Shown here piece by piece: positions 16,663 through 26,313 of a stretch of 27,330 nt of DNA. Origin of the DNA: Patescibacteria group bacterium (GTDB lineage Bacteria > Patescibacteriota > Patescibacteriia > UBA2591 > PGYQ01); contig JAGUXS010000068.1 of the NCBI GenBank assembly GCA_020061725.1, positions 1 to 27,330 on the forward strand. The letters run 5' to 3'. The translations under genes and the position numbers were made by a program. The stretch's first letter is position 1, and every line of letters begins with the position of its first letter. Below the pieces are notes generated by a model. The model was not told the DNA's origin. It was given only the letters and a program-made list of their open reading frames with translations, and ran no database searches.

Positions 16663-18186
16663 TTATTGATCGTTTTTAATTATTTTTTGATTTTTCCAAA
16701 TCCATAAAATAATCAAACCATAAATTAAAAACACAATTAGCCAATGAATTTCTATTTTTATAGAAGCAAAAGGAATTTCGGAAAAAAGTTTAATGGTTTT
16801 AATTTCATAAGCCAAAAATATCCAAGCAATAAATCCAATAATTTTAGCCAACCAAAGCCAAAAAAAACTAATTATTGTCGTAATAAAACCCCAAAACATA
16901 GACAATGGGACGACTGGTAAAATAAAAACATTTACGATTGGCGCGATCAAAGATAATTGTCCAAAATTATAAACAATAATTGGAAAAGTCATAATTTGAG
17001 CCGAAACAGTCATTAAAAGAGATTCTCTAAATTGTAAAATATTTGAGATTTTATAAAATCCTTTTTTAAAAAGAATAGGGGATAGATAAATAATTCCCAA
17101 AGTTGCCAAAAAAGACAATTGAAAACCGATGTCATAACGTAAAATTTTAGGATTAAATAAAAGCATTAAACAAGCGGTAAAAACAACGGCATTGGTTATA
17201 TTTTTTAAGCGTCCAATTTTTTTAGATAATAAAACCAAAATTCCCATAATTGCCGCTCGAACAACCGAAGCTTCAGCCCCGGTTAAAATTACAAAAAAAA
17301 TAATTCCAGTAATTGTTAAATAAAAACTTGATGATTTAGAAAAATATAAAATGTAAAATAAATTCATTAAAAGAATACCAATAATTGTTATATTATAACC
17401 AGAAAGCGCGATAAGATGAGTGGTGCCAGTAATATTAAAAGAATTTATTAATTGAAAGGGGAAATCTTTACGATCTCCAATTAAAAGTCCGGATAAAAAA
17501 AATGACTCTGGCGAAGATAAAATAGTTAAGATTTTTTCTTGAAATTTATCTCTAAGTAAAAATAAATTTTTTTGAATAAAATTTCCTTTATTTTGAGCTA
17601 AAAGTTTTATTTTAGGATAATAAGCGATTGAATGAATATGATATCTATCTAAATAATTTTTATAAGAAAAATCTTTAGATTCAAGAGGAGTTTTTAATTT
17701 TGTTTTGATTTCTAATTCATCGCCATATTGATAATCTGTTTTAGATGACAAGTAAAGCAAGATTTTTTCTTTAATTTTTTTTTGAGAATTTGAAAATGAA
17801 ATTTCATAAACTTCAAAAATAATTTTTTTTGAAGTTTTTTTATTTCCCAAATCGCCGATTATAATTCCTTTTAAAATTATTTCTTCTTTTGTTTCATTAT
17901 AAGATTGTAAAAAATATTGTTTTGAATAATTTTTTTGAAGATAAAAAATTCCAAAAATTAGAGAGAAAAAACAAAAACCAATAATTGTCATTTTAACATT
18001 AAAAATTTTATTTTTATCCCAGCTAAAAATTTTTTCATTTTCTCGCGGCCATAAAAAAATAATCCAAAAAATTCCTAAAACAAAAACCCCTTCTAAAATA
18101 TTAGAAGGAATTTTTATCCACGAACTTATAAAAATACCTAAAATAAAAGCTAAACAAATAAAAAGAAAAATTTTTGATTTTCTCAT
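16663..18186 (-). CDS. comEC: ComEC/Rec2 competence protein (OB-like plus competence domain, no metallo-beta-lactamase domain)
   Basis: HLIALSGYNITI, GAEASVVRAAIM, DIGFQLSFLAT, NVFILP motifs; multiple transmembrane segments. Confidence 0.88.
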   Translation of the reverse strand: MRKSKIFLFICLAFILGIFISSWIKIPSNILEGVFVLGIFWIIFLWPRENEKIFSWDKNKIFNVKMTIIGFCFFSLIFGIFYLQKNYSKQYFLQSYNETKEEIILKGIIIGDLGNKKTSKKIIFEVYEISFSNSQKKIKEKILLYLSSKTDYQYGDELEIKTKLKTPLESKDFSYKNYLDRYHIHSIAYYPKIKLLAQNKGNFIQKNLFLLRDKFQEKILTILSSPESFFLSGLLIGDRKDFPFQLINSFNITGTTHLIALSGYNITIIGILLMNLFYILYFSKSSSFYLTITGIIFFVILTGAEASVVRAAIMGILVLLSKKIGRLKNITNAVVFTACLMLLFNPKILRYDIGFQLSFLATLGIIYLSPILFKKGFYKISNILQFRESLLMTVSAQIMTFPIIVYNFGQLSLIAPIVNVFILPVVPLSMFWGFITTIISFFWLWLAKIIGFIAWIFLAYEIKTIKLFSEIPFASIKIEIHWLIVFLIYGLIILWIWKNQKIIKNDQ

Positions 18187-19325
18187 ATTTTATTAAAAAT
18201 TAAATTCCAAACTTCATAAAGAATTCCCAAGAAAAAAATAGCGATAATAAAATAGGCAAGAAAACGAGGAATGTTTATGGAGTATGCTGGTGTGTCGTCA
18301 CATTTCTTTTTTGCTTGCCAATATATTAAAATAATCAATATTCCATCTAAACCGCCAATAAGCAAACCGGTAATGCCAATAATTTTAATAAAATTAGTCC
18401 AACCACTTAAAAAAAGAAATAAAGGAACAAAACAAACTAATATTGTTGAAATAGTTTTATTTAATTTATAATCGTAATGATAAATTTGTTTCAAGGCGAG
18501 ACCAAGACTTAAAAAAGAAGTACTGACCGTAAAAAATCCAAAAATTGATCCTAAAAATAATATTTCTTTTCCTAAAAAATTTCCTAAATCAATAATTGCA
18601 TTTTCTGAAATTATTTTACCAACTACGCCAACGCCGACTAAACTAAATAAAATATAGATAATCAAAGGAATTAAAGTTCCTAAAATAATCGCTTTTTTTA
18701 ATAAAAATTTTTTTTCTTTCAAAACTATTTCCATAATCGGAATTGCCGAAACTCCACCTAAGGCAAAAAGAATTACTCCAAAAGGAAGAAAAAAATAATT
18801 TAAATCAATTGATATTAAATTTTCAAATTTTATTTGTGGAAATCCAAAAACAAAAATTATTGAAATAATTATTAGCAAGAAAATTATTATTAATAATTCT
18901 ATTTTTGGAATAGCTTTTATTCCAAAAAAAATTACTATAGTTGTGCAAATAGAAAAAATTAAACTGTAATCAAAAGGAGATAAAGAGAAAAAATTTCCTA
19001 AAATTGAATACAAAAAATTTCCAGCTATAATAAGATAGGCGAGTAGGGCGCCGTAAAAACCAAAATAAACCGCGAAAATTGTCGCTAATTCTCCCCATTT
19101 TCCAAGATAGATTTTTGCGTAACCGATTAGTTGATGATTTTTTTTTGTTCTCAAAACAACTTCGCCATAACAAAGATTTAAAACAAGAATAATTAATCCT
19201 AATCCAATTAAATATAAAAATCCCGGCATAAAACCGATTTTAGCGATTACATAAGGTATGCCAAAAATCCCTACCCCAATAGTTGTCCCTATTAAAACAG
19301 AAGTAGCGATAAAAAAAGATTTCAT
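18183..19325 (-). CDS. Amino-acid permease (aromatic amino acid/AAAP-like)
   Basis: IGTTIGVGIFGIPY, YGALLAYL, PFGVILFAL; about 11 hydrophobic segments; ATGA overlap with comEC. Confidence 0.75.
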   Translation of the reverse strand: MKSFFIATSVLIGTTIGVGIFGIPYVIAKIGFMPGFLYLIGLGLIILVLNLCYGEVVLRTKKNHQLIGYAKIYLGKWGELATIFAVYFGFYGALLAYLIIAGNFLYSILGNFFSLSPFDYSLIFSICTTIVIFFGIKAIPKIELLIIIFLLIIISIIFVFGFPQIKFENLISIDLNYFFLPFGVILFALGGVSAIPIMEIVLKEKKFLLKKAIILGTLIPLIIYILFSLVGVGVVGKIISENAIIDLGNFLGKEILFLGSIFGFFTVSTSFLSLGLALKQIYHYDYKLNKTISTILVCFVPLFLFLSGWTNFIKIIGITGLLIGGLDGILIILIYWQAKKKCDDTPAYSINIPRFLAYFIIAIFFLGILYEVWNLIFNKI

Positions 19326-19448
19326 AAAAAAATATAAAATATAGTATATTTAAAATATAAAAAATAAAATTTAGTAATTTTTAATTAAATAAATAGTTTT
19401 ATAAACCAAATAAATAATTTTTATATTTTCTTAAAATTAAAAGGAATA

Positions 19449-20243
19449 TTAATTTCCAAAAGTTATAAAATTAGAACTTTCATATTTTTTAACTGCTCTA
19501 TTAAATATACTTATTGAAATTATAAACCAAAATATCGCAAGTGAGCCGACTAATAAAAGTTTTTCTAAAGAAACATCTCTTACTATTTCAACTGGCAAAG
19601 CACCAATTAAAAGCGATGGAATTATAAATGTAAAAATAAATCGCATTACCCCTTGAAAAGCGCCTCCGTGGAATAATGAGGGGGTTAAAAATAATTCAAA
19701 TAAACTTCCTGTTACTAAATTGGCGTCCACAAAGAAAAAACTCATCGAGTAAATTGTTATTATTGCCGTCAAAAATACAATTACTGAAATTATAACGAGT
19801 AAACCAATCAATAAAATTTGATAAATAGTTGCATGAATTGAAATTATATAAATAACTAAACATACAACTCCAAAAACTATATCTCCAAGAGCGGAAACGC
19901 TAAAAAATGACGTTGCGGTTCTAATAAGTAAATTTTTTGGCGAAAGCATAAAACGATCAAATATTCCTGTTGCGACATAATCAGCCAGTTTTCTAATTCC
20001 AGCTCCAATAGAAAATACAATTCCATAAGATAATGCGCCAAAACCCAAAAGGCCGATAATATCCATCGCAACCCAACCATTAATAACCCCAACAGATTTT
20101 ACAAAAAATATCCACAAAATTATAAAAGCCGTATTATTAATACTCATTCCAATAATATTTATTAAAAAACTTACGCGAAGTTCAGCGCTATTTTGAATAT
20201 TCTTTTTTATTGCGTATAATGCAAAATAAAATTCTTTTATCAT
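19449..20243 (-). CDS. ABC-2 type exporter permease 2 (start probably 20243 rather than 20258)
   Basis: Hydrophobic; G.FDRFML.P, FIFTFIIP, KKYESS C-terminus; follows an ATPase and a permease. Confidence 0.75.
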   Translation of the reverse strand: MIKEFYFALYAIKKNIQNSAELRVSFLINIIGMSINNTAFIILWIFFVKSVGVINGWVAMDIIGLLGFGALSYGIVFSIGAGIRKLADYVATGIFDRFMLSPKNLLIRTATSFFSVSALGDIVFGVVCLVIYIISIHATIYQILLIGLLVIISVIVFLTAIITIYSMSFFFVDANLVTGSLFELFLTPSLFHGGAFQGVMRFIFTFIIPSLLIGALPVEIVRDVSLEKLLLVGSLAIFWFIISISIFNRAVKKYESSNFITFGN

Positions 20244-20247
20244 AAAA

Positions 20248-21048
20248 TTATCCTCCATTTACAGAAATTTTTTGTTTTGCTTTTTTAAATATAAAATAAA
20301 CAACCAATCCAAGTAAAACAATCCAAAATAATTGAATTTCGATAAGTTGATACCAATTTGTTTGCCAAGTTTCGTAAACTGTATGCGTTACAAATTGAGA
20401 CGCGCCAAAAGGACTCCATAAAGCAATTTTAAACATAAACGTAGGAAATAATGCAATAGGAAGATATGAACCTCCAAGTATCATCACGGTTTTATCTACA
20501 ATCCAAAATATTGGATTTATATCTTCTATCCAAAAAGATAAAAGGCCAATAATTGTATATAAAAATAGTGAAAGAATTATTCCGCAAAGAAAAGTTAAAA
20601 TTAATGTTGGTATAAAAATACCAATTGTCATTGTTGGCGGAAGACCGATAATAAAAATTAAAGCGATTATCATTGATAACGTTATAATAACAAAAGAATA
20701 TATACCTAAGCCGATTTGCCACCATATACGATATGAAAGATAAAAAATTGGCTTGCTAAATAATATTTCAATATTTCCTTTTTGAACATCTTGCATAATT
20801 TCCTTAGAAATATCACGCAATTTCAATATCGAAAACGAAAAATAAAAAAATATACTCCACGCAACAAAAAGAAATGTCGTGTTATTTATAACACCATCTC
20901 TTAATTTAAAAACATATGAATATAAAATTAGTAATATTCCGCAACGCGCAAGAATTCCAATAGTATCCACGATAAATCTATTAGGATATTGAATACAATC
21001 TTGAAAGAGTGTTTTAAAAATTTTAATTGCTAGTCGAGCTTCTTTCAT
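20248..21048 (-). CDS. ABC-2 type exporter permease 1
   Basis: [27 protein letters not shown] motifs; C-terminal NGG. Confidence 0.78.
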   Translation of the reverse strand: MKEARLAIKIFKTLFQDCIQYPNRFIVDTIGILARCGILLILYSYVFKLRDGVINNTTFLFVAWSIFFYFSFSILKLRDISKEIMQDVQKGNIEILFSKPIFYLSYRIWWQIGLGIYSFVIITLSMIIALIFIIGLPPTMTIGIFIPTLILTFLCGIILSLFLYTIIGLLSFWIEDINPIFWIVDKTVMILGGSYLPIALFPTFMFKIALWSPFGASQFVTHTVYETWQTNWYQLIEIQLFWIVLLGLVVYFIFKKAKQKISVNGG

Positions 21049-22021
21049 AAATATGTCTAATTACTGTTTCAAGGTCGGCATTATATACATCAATATCCTT
21101 GACTTCAAACAAGTCTAATAATTTTTTTAAAGATTCTTGAACATTAATTTTATTAATATCAACAACAACAGTAATTTTATTTTTATCTTTTGAGGAGTAG
21201 GTTATTCCTTCTGGAAGTTTAGGAAAAATAGTAAAATTACTTAACGCGACAAGATCAATATATTTTTCATAGATAAAAGTTTTTGTTAAATTTTTCGTTG
21301 GTAAATCTTTTATAATCACTCCGTGATTGATAACTATTGTTCTATTGCAAAGAGATTCAATATCGCCGACATCGTGAGAAGTTAAAAATATTGTTGTATT
21401 TTCTTCTTTATTTATTTTGAGTAACAAATCACGAAGCATTTTTTTTGCCACAACATCAAGCCCGATTGTTGGTTCGTCAAGAAATATAATTTTTGGTTTA
21501 TGAATCAAGGAAGCCGCAACTTCCGCCCTCATACGTTGACCGAGCGAAAGTTTGCGAACTGGTTGCGCAATAAATGAACTAAGATCAAAAAGTTTTACAA
21601 GTTCGGCAATTCTTTTCTTAATTTCTTTTTCAGGCATATCGTACATCACCCCAAAAAATTCAAGAGAATCGGTTAGCGGAAGGTTTGGCAAGAGTTGTGA
21701 ACGTTGACCAAAAACCGTGCCAATTTGGTAGGCAAGTTTCTTTCTATTTTTTGTTGGATCAAAACCAAGAATATTTATTTTACCAAAAGTTGGAAAAAGT
21801 ATACCCGTAAGCATTTTAATTGTAGTGGATTTACCTGCTCCGTTGGGACCAATAAATGCTATGCGTTCACCATGTTTAACTGAAAAAGAGATGTCATTAA
21901 CCGCGACAATTTTTTTAGTTTCGGGAAAAAATAAATTTTTTACCCAACCAACTGAAGGATTTTTAACTGGAAATGAAAATTTTTTTGACAGATTAGAAAC
22001 AATAATAGAATTTGGGTTCAT
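21023..22021 (-). CDS. ABC exporter ATP-binding subunit (DrrA-like)
   Basis: [39 protein letters not shown]. Confidence 0.92.
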   Translation of the reverse strand: MNPNSIIVSNLSKKFSFPVKNPSVGWVKNLFFPETKKIVAVNDISFSVKHGERIAFIGPNGAGKSTTIKMLTGILFPTFGKINILGFDPTKNRKKLAYQIGTVFGQRSQLLPNLPLTDSLEFFGVMYDMPEKEIKKRIAELVKLFDLSSFIAQPVRKLSLGQRMRAEVAASLIHKPKIIFLDEPTIGLDVVAKKMLRDLLLKINKEENTTIFLTSHDVGDIESLCNRTIVINHGVIIKDLPTKNLTKTFIYEKYIDLVALSNFTIFPKLPEGITYSSKDKNKITVVVDINKINVQESLKKLLDLFEVKDIDVYNADLETVIRHIYERSSTSN

Positions 22022-22029
22022 AAAAATAA

Positions 22030-22059
22030 TATAGGGAACAAAAATTTTTGTTTCCTATA
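22030..22059. other. 30-nt near-perfect palindrome between rmuC and the ABC ATPase
   Basis: TATAGGGAACAAAAA/TTTTTGTTTCCTATA, one G-T mismatch; ends 9 nt from the ATPase start codon. Confidence 0.65.
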
Positions 22060-22085
22060 ATTTCGCGAATAAATATAAATAAATT

Positions 22086-23150
22086 TTATTCTGTTTGCGG
22101 TTTGTCTAATATTAATGGTTCAATGTTTTTTTCGCTTCCAGTTATTTTTGTTATATCTTTGTCAATTTTAACAAATTCTTTATAGGCGTTATTGTAATGA
22201 TTAACAGAGGTAGACATGCTTAAACCTAAACGTTTAAAAAAATCTTCATAACTTAAAATGTGTTTACTTAATTTTTGAACATTAATTGAAATTTCCTTGG
22301 CGCTTTCTTCAATTTGTAAAGCGCGTAAACCTTGCAAAACTGTTTGTAAATAAGCCAAAAATGAAGTTGGTGAAACAATAATTACATGTTTATCTTTAAA
22401 AGCGTATTCAATTAAATCGCGAGTATTTATTTGCACAGCGCCAACTTTATTAATTAATAAATCATAATAAATCGCTTCGCTTGGAATAAACATAAAAGCA
22501 AAATCCATAGTTTTCTCGGCTAGTTTAATATATTTTGAAGTTTCATCAATGCGTGTTTTTAAATCTGTCTTAAATTTCCGTTCTAATTTTTCTCTCTCTG
22601 TTGGATCGTTAGTATTTAAAATTTTTTCATAATTTTCCAAACTAAATTTTGAATCCACTGGAATAATTTTATCTTTAACTAATATTATTGCGTCAACGAT
22701 TGTGCCATCTTTAAATCCGTATTGCATTTGATATGAATTTGGAGGTAAAACATTTTTTAAAGTTTCTTCTAAAAAATACTCCCCTAAAACCCCGCGTTGT
22801 TTTGGATTTTTTAAAATATCTTGTAAATTTTGCAATTGACTGGAAAAATTTATTACTTGTTTATTGGTTTCATCTAATTTAATTAATTTTTCAGTCACTT
22901 GAGTAATTATTTTAGTTGTCTGTCCGAACTGAACTTGATTAGCGCGATGAGTTTCAGATAATTTGTTATCTAAAGTTTGTCTAAGTTCGTTATTCTGTTC
23001 CTTAAGTTGTGTTAGTCGTTCCATCATAGTTACTAATTTTTCTCCATCGCTAGTATTTTTTAGCTTAGTTAATAAAAAAATTATCACAGCAAACCCAGCG
23101 ATCAATAAAATAGCGATTATGATGATAAAAATCATAATTGAAATTTGCAT
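22086..23150 (-). CDS. rmuC: DNA recombination protein RmuC
   Basis: N-terminal transmembrane helix plus coiled coil; NPKQRGVLGE..LE, VDA, IPVDSKF, DFAFMFIPSE, IVSPT. Confidence 0.92.
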   Translation of the reverse strand: MQISIMIFIIIIAILLIAGFAVIIFLLTKLKNTSDGEKLVTMMERLTQLKEQNNELRQTLDNKLSETHRANQVQFGQTTKIITQVTEKLIKLDETNKQVINFSSQLQNLQDILKNPKQRGVLGEYFLEETLKNVLPPNSYQMQYGFKDGTIVDAIILVKDKIIPVDSKFSLENYEKILNTNDPTEREKLERKFKTDLKTRIDETSKYIKLAEKTMDFAFMFIPSEAIYYDLLINKVGAVQINTRDLIEYAFKDKHVIIVSPTSFLAYLQTVLQGLRALQIEESAKEISINVQKLSKHILSYEDFFKRLGLSMSTSVNHYNNAYKEFVKIDKDITKITGSEKNIEPLILDKPQTE

Positions 23151-23223
23151 AAGATAATAATTAAAAAATAAAATATTTTAAAATTTATCAATGTGAAAAT
23201 ATATTTACAGATCTAAACATCAA

Positions 23224-24375
23224 TTATCTTAAAATCACTTTATACGCTACGCTTGGGGTGGTAATTATAAGATTTAATCCATATTCTCGACGTAAACGTT
23301 CTTGAATAATTTCTAAATGTAACATTCCTAAAAATCCGCAACGGAAACCAAACCCTAAGGCTTGAGAAATTTCCGGTTCATAAAATAAACTTGCGTCAGT
23401 TAATTTTAATTTATCCAACGCTTCTCGAAATTTTGAATAATCACTTCCATCTTTGCAAAATAACCCGGCAAAAACCATTGGTTTTATCTCTTTGTATCCA
23501 GGCAAAGCTTTTATTTTATAATCGCGAGCTATATTTTGTATTATTATTGTATCTCCAACTTTACAGCTTTTTATATCCTTTAAACCAGTTGCAATATAAC
23601 CAATTTCACCAGTTTCTAAGCTGTTTTTTGGAAAAAAATTAGGTTTAAAAATTCCTACTTCTAAAATTTCAGCTTGTTTTTTTGTTTCCATAAATTCAAT
23701 TTTGTCGCCCTTTTTTATTTTTCCGTCAATAATACGAACGTAAACAATCACTCCTTTATATTCATCATAAACCGAATCAAAAATTAAAGCGCGTAAAGGT
23801 TTATTTGAATTATTAGCCGGAGGGGGGATATATTTAATTACTGAACACAAAAGTTGTTCAACTCCTTCGCCTGTTTTTGCGGAAATAAAAAGTGGTTTAC
23901 AGCAAATATTTGACGATGATTCGTAATTTAATAACTGTTCTATTTCTTTTACTGTTTTTTCTAATTGAGCGTTAGGTAAATCAATTTTATTTATTACTGG
24001 AATAATAAATAAATTTTGTTCCAAGGCTAGGTGTAAATTAGTCAAGGTTTGCGCTTGAATTCCTTGTGTAGCGTCTACTAATAAAATAACCCCTTCTACA
24101 GCGGCCAAAGATCGCGAGACTTCATAAGTAAAATCAACATGTCCGGGAGTATCAATTAAATTTAACTTGTAGTTTATGGTTGATAATTGGTAGTCAAGTT
24201 GAACTGGTTGAAGTTTAATTGTAATACCTTTTTCTCTTTCCAAATCCATTTGATCTAAAAATTGCGAACGCATTTTTAGTTTATCTATTGTTTTTGTTAA
24301 TTCTAAAAAACGATCGGCAAGAGTCGATTTTCCATGATCAATATGCGCAATAATACAAAAATTTCGAATATTCAC
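23224..24375 (-). CDS. lepA: Elongation factor 4 (LepA), N-terminal 383 aa only
   Basis: IRNFCIIAHIDHGKSTLADR, EREKGITIK, LIDTPGH, NKID, GFRCGFLGMLH; GTG start. Stops after TTPSVAYKVILR, whereas LepA is normally about 600 aa. Confidence 0.9.
   Translation of the reverse strand: MNIRNFCIIAHIDHGKSTLADRFLELTKTIDKLKMRSQFLDQMDLEREKGITIKLQPVQLDYQLSTINYKLNLIDTPGHVDFTYEVSRSLAAVEGVILLVDATQGIQAQTLTNLHLALEQNLFIIPVINKIDLPNAQLEKTVKEIEQLLNYESSSNICCKPLFISAKTGEGVEQLLCSVIKYIPPPANNSNKPLRALIFDSVYDEYKGVIVYVRIIDGKIKKGDKIEFMETKKQAEILEVGIFKPNFFPKNSLETGEIGYIATGLKDIKSCKVGDTIIIQNIARDYKIKALPGYKEIKPMVFAGLFCKDGSDYSKFREALDKLKLTDASLFYEPEISQALGFGFRCGFLGMLHLEIIQERLRREYGLNLIITTPSVAYKVILR
24167..24194. repeat. Degenerate in-frame heptamer array in lepA (coding ACTACCA ATTATCA ACCATAA ACTACAA)
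   Basis: 7-nt periodicity; encodes YQLSTINYK in the hairpin before LNLIDTPG. Confidence 0.65.
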
Positions 24376-24429
24376 AGAAAGAAAATTAAAAATTAAGAAT
24401 CACTTTAAATTACAAAATGCAGTTTTTAT

Positions 24430-24530
24430 ATTGTTGCGAGACTAGTGATGTTATATTAGAAAACATTTGACAATTTTATAGTTAAGTTCTTCAGTAATAT
24501 AGACTGCCCTACAAATATGCTCGCAATGAC
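24430..24530. repeat. Degenerate palindromic element with TTGCGAG...CTCGCAATGAC ends
   Basis: ATTGTTGCGAG (24430-24440) pairs with CTCGCAATGAC (24520-24530), 10 bp with wobbles. It resembles REP/RPE-like GTCATTGCGAG elements (from recall). Confidence 0.45.
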
Positions 24531-24553
24531 AAATAGGGGATTTTACATTAAAA

Positions 24554-25462
24554 CTACAAGCTAATTTTCAATAGCTCATTCCATTCTTGATCTATTTTTT
24601 CTTGAATAGCTTTAATGGTTTTTTTATTTTCTGGCTTGAAAAGATGAGAAAATCTTTTTTGTGTTTTTAAAAATTCCTCAATTGGAAGTTTTTCTTTTGG
24701 TTGATAATTTAATTTATATTTTCCATTTTCTATCTCATATAAAGGCCAAAAACAAGAAGCAATTGCCATTTTTGAAATTTGAATTGTTGAATCAAAAGAA
24801 AATTTCCAATTTAATGGACAAGGCGAAAAAATATTTAAAACTGCCGGACCTTTGATTTGAAAAGCTTTTTCAGCTTTTTGATATAAATCAGCCCAATGAT
24901 GCACAGCGGATTGAGCTGCATAAGGAATATTATGAGCTGCGATAATTTTAATTAAATTTTTTTTAAAAACTTTTTTTCCGGCAGGCGTTGTAGATGTAAT
25001 GGCGCCATAAGGTGTTGCTGAAGATCGTTGATTGCCGGTGTTCATATAAGCCTCATTATCATAACAAACATAAACAAAATCGTGTCCTCGTTCTAAAGCG
25101 CCGGATAAAGATTGTAGTCCGATATCATATGTTCCACCATCACCGCCAAAAACCACAAATTTAATTTGTTTTTTTATTTCCCCTTTTTTCTTTAAAAAAT
25201 TATAAGCGCTTTCAATTCCAGAAACCGTTGCCGAAGCGTTTTCAAAAGCGTTATGTATCCACGGTACATTCCATGAAGTTTGCGGATAAACGCTTGAAAC
25301 AATTTCAAGGCATCCGGTAGCGTTCACAACAACAACCTGATGTTTACTCGCGGCTAAAATTGTTCTAACAATAATAGGAATAGAGCAACCAGCGCATGTC
25401 CGATGCCCGCTAGCAAAATAATTTTGTTTTTGAATTTTTTGAGTTAAGGATTTTAAATCCAT
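24554..25462 (-). CDS. porB: Pyruvate/2-oxoacid:ferredoxin oxidoreductase beta subunit (TPP-binding)
   Basis: GHRTCAGC, NATGCLEI, GGDGGTYDIGLQ, YDNEAYMNTGNQRS, PCP motifs. Confidence 0.9.
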   Translation of the reverse strand: MDLKSLTQKIQKQNYFASGHRTCAGCSIPIIVRTILAASKHQVVVVNATGCLEIVSSVYPQTSWNVPWIHNAFENASATVSGIESAYNFLKKKGEIKKQIKFVVFGGDGGTYDIGLQSLSGALERGHDFVYVCYDNEAYMNTGNQRSSATPYGAITSTTPAGKKVFKKNLIKIIAAHNIPYAAQSAVHHWADLYQKAEKAFQIKGPAVLNIFSPCPLNWKFSFDSTIQISKMAIASCFWPLYEIENGKYKLNYQPKEKLPIEEFLKTQKRFSHLFKPENKKTIKAIQEKIDQEWNELLKISL

Positions 25463-25482
25463 AAAATAAACAAAAATTTATT

Positions 25483-26016
25483 TTATTTTAAAAAAATTTT
25501 AAACAGATTTTTATTTTTAAGCACATAATCTTCTAACTCTTCTAACGCTTTTATAAACGGCATGCCGTTTATAACTTTTAATTTTAGTTCTTCAATTTTT
25601 TGTTTGCGACTTATAAAATCTAATAACCTTTTTAAAAAACTTGGATCAAGAAAAGCTGGATTTTTAGAAAATGCTCTAGCATTTTTTATTATTGCTATTA
25701 GATTTTCTGGATCTGCTACTTTTGGATATAGATCAAATGGAAGGTGATACATTGACGTAAAGCTTTCATCAATTTCTTTAACTTTTTCCCATATTCCTCT
25801 AATTAATAAACCTATTAATATCTTAGGTCTCTTGAATATATCAACAGGTTGAAGATTTAATTTCTTAATTAGATTTAAATCTATAATTTTTAATGGTCTA
25901 AAATGGAAATTATTATTTAATAATCTTGAAATAGACATATCATCATATTCTCTTGTTATTTCTGTTATTAACATAATGAAACTACTAAAACATATTTTAT
26001 ATTTTCCGTCTTCCAT
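25483..26016 (-). CDS. Hypothetical protein (177 aa)
   Basis: Long ORF co-oriented with its neighbours; no recognisable motif. Confidence 0.6.
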   Translation of the reverse strand: MEDGKYKICFSSFIMLITEITREYDDMSISRLLNNNFHFRPLKIIDLNLIKKLNLQPVDIFKRPKILIGLLIRGIWEKVKEIDESFTSMYHLPFDLYPKVADPENLIAIIKNARAFSKNPAFLDPSFLKRLLDFISRKQKIEELKLKVINGMPFIKALEELEDYVLKNKNLFKIFLK

Positions 26017-26094
26017 TGTTTGTTGAGTTGAATATAAAAAATTAATTTGATCTAATAATCCATCTTTTTTTAATTTATCTTTTAACTTTCCTGT

Positions 26095-26313
26095 TTATTT
26101 TAAAAGAAATATTCCTTCTAAAATTTCTTCAAAAATTTTACACTGCGCAATTGGATCATTGTCTGTAAAATCTTCTTGGAAAAGACCTAAAAGATTATTT
26201 TTTAATTCTTGTGGTATATTATAATGACTAAACTCTTCTTTAAAAATTTTTTTTGTTATGACAGATTTTTTCTGGTTCTTCTTTACTAAAGGCAAGCCAC
26301 TTATAATACTCAT
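26095..26313 (-). CDS. Small hypothetical protein (72 aa), possibly the 3' half of a frameshifted gene
   Basis: ORF with TTTTTATG start context; overlaps ORF 26240-26404 in the +1 frame. Confidence 0.4.
   Translation of the reverse strand: MSIISGLPLVKKNQKKSVITKKIFKEEFSHYNIPQELKNNLLGLFQEDFTDNDPIAQCKIFEEILEGIFLLK

Noticed and set aside
20250-20256. GGAGG upstream of permease 2 as a Shine-Dalgarno site
   Set aside because: Explained by the Gly-Gly codons of the preceding gene's C-terminal NGG.
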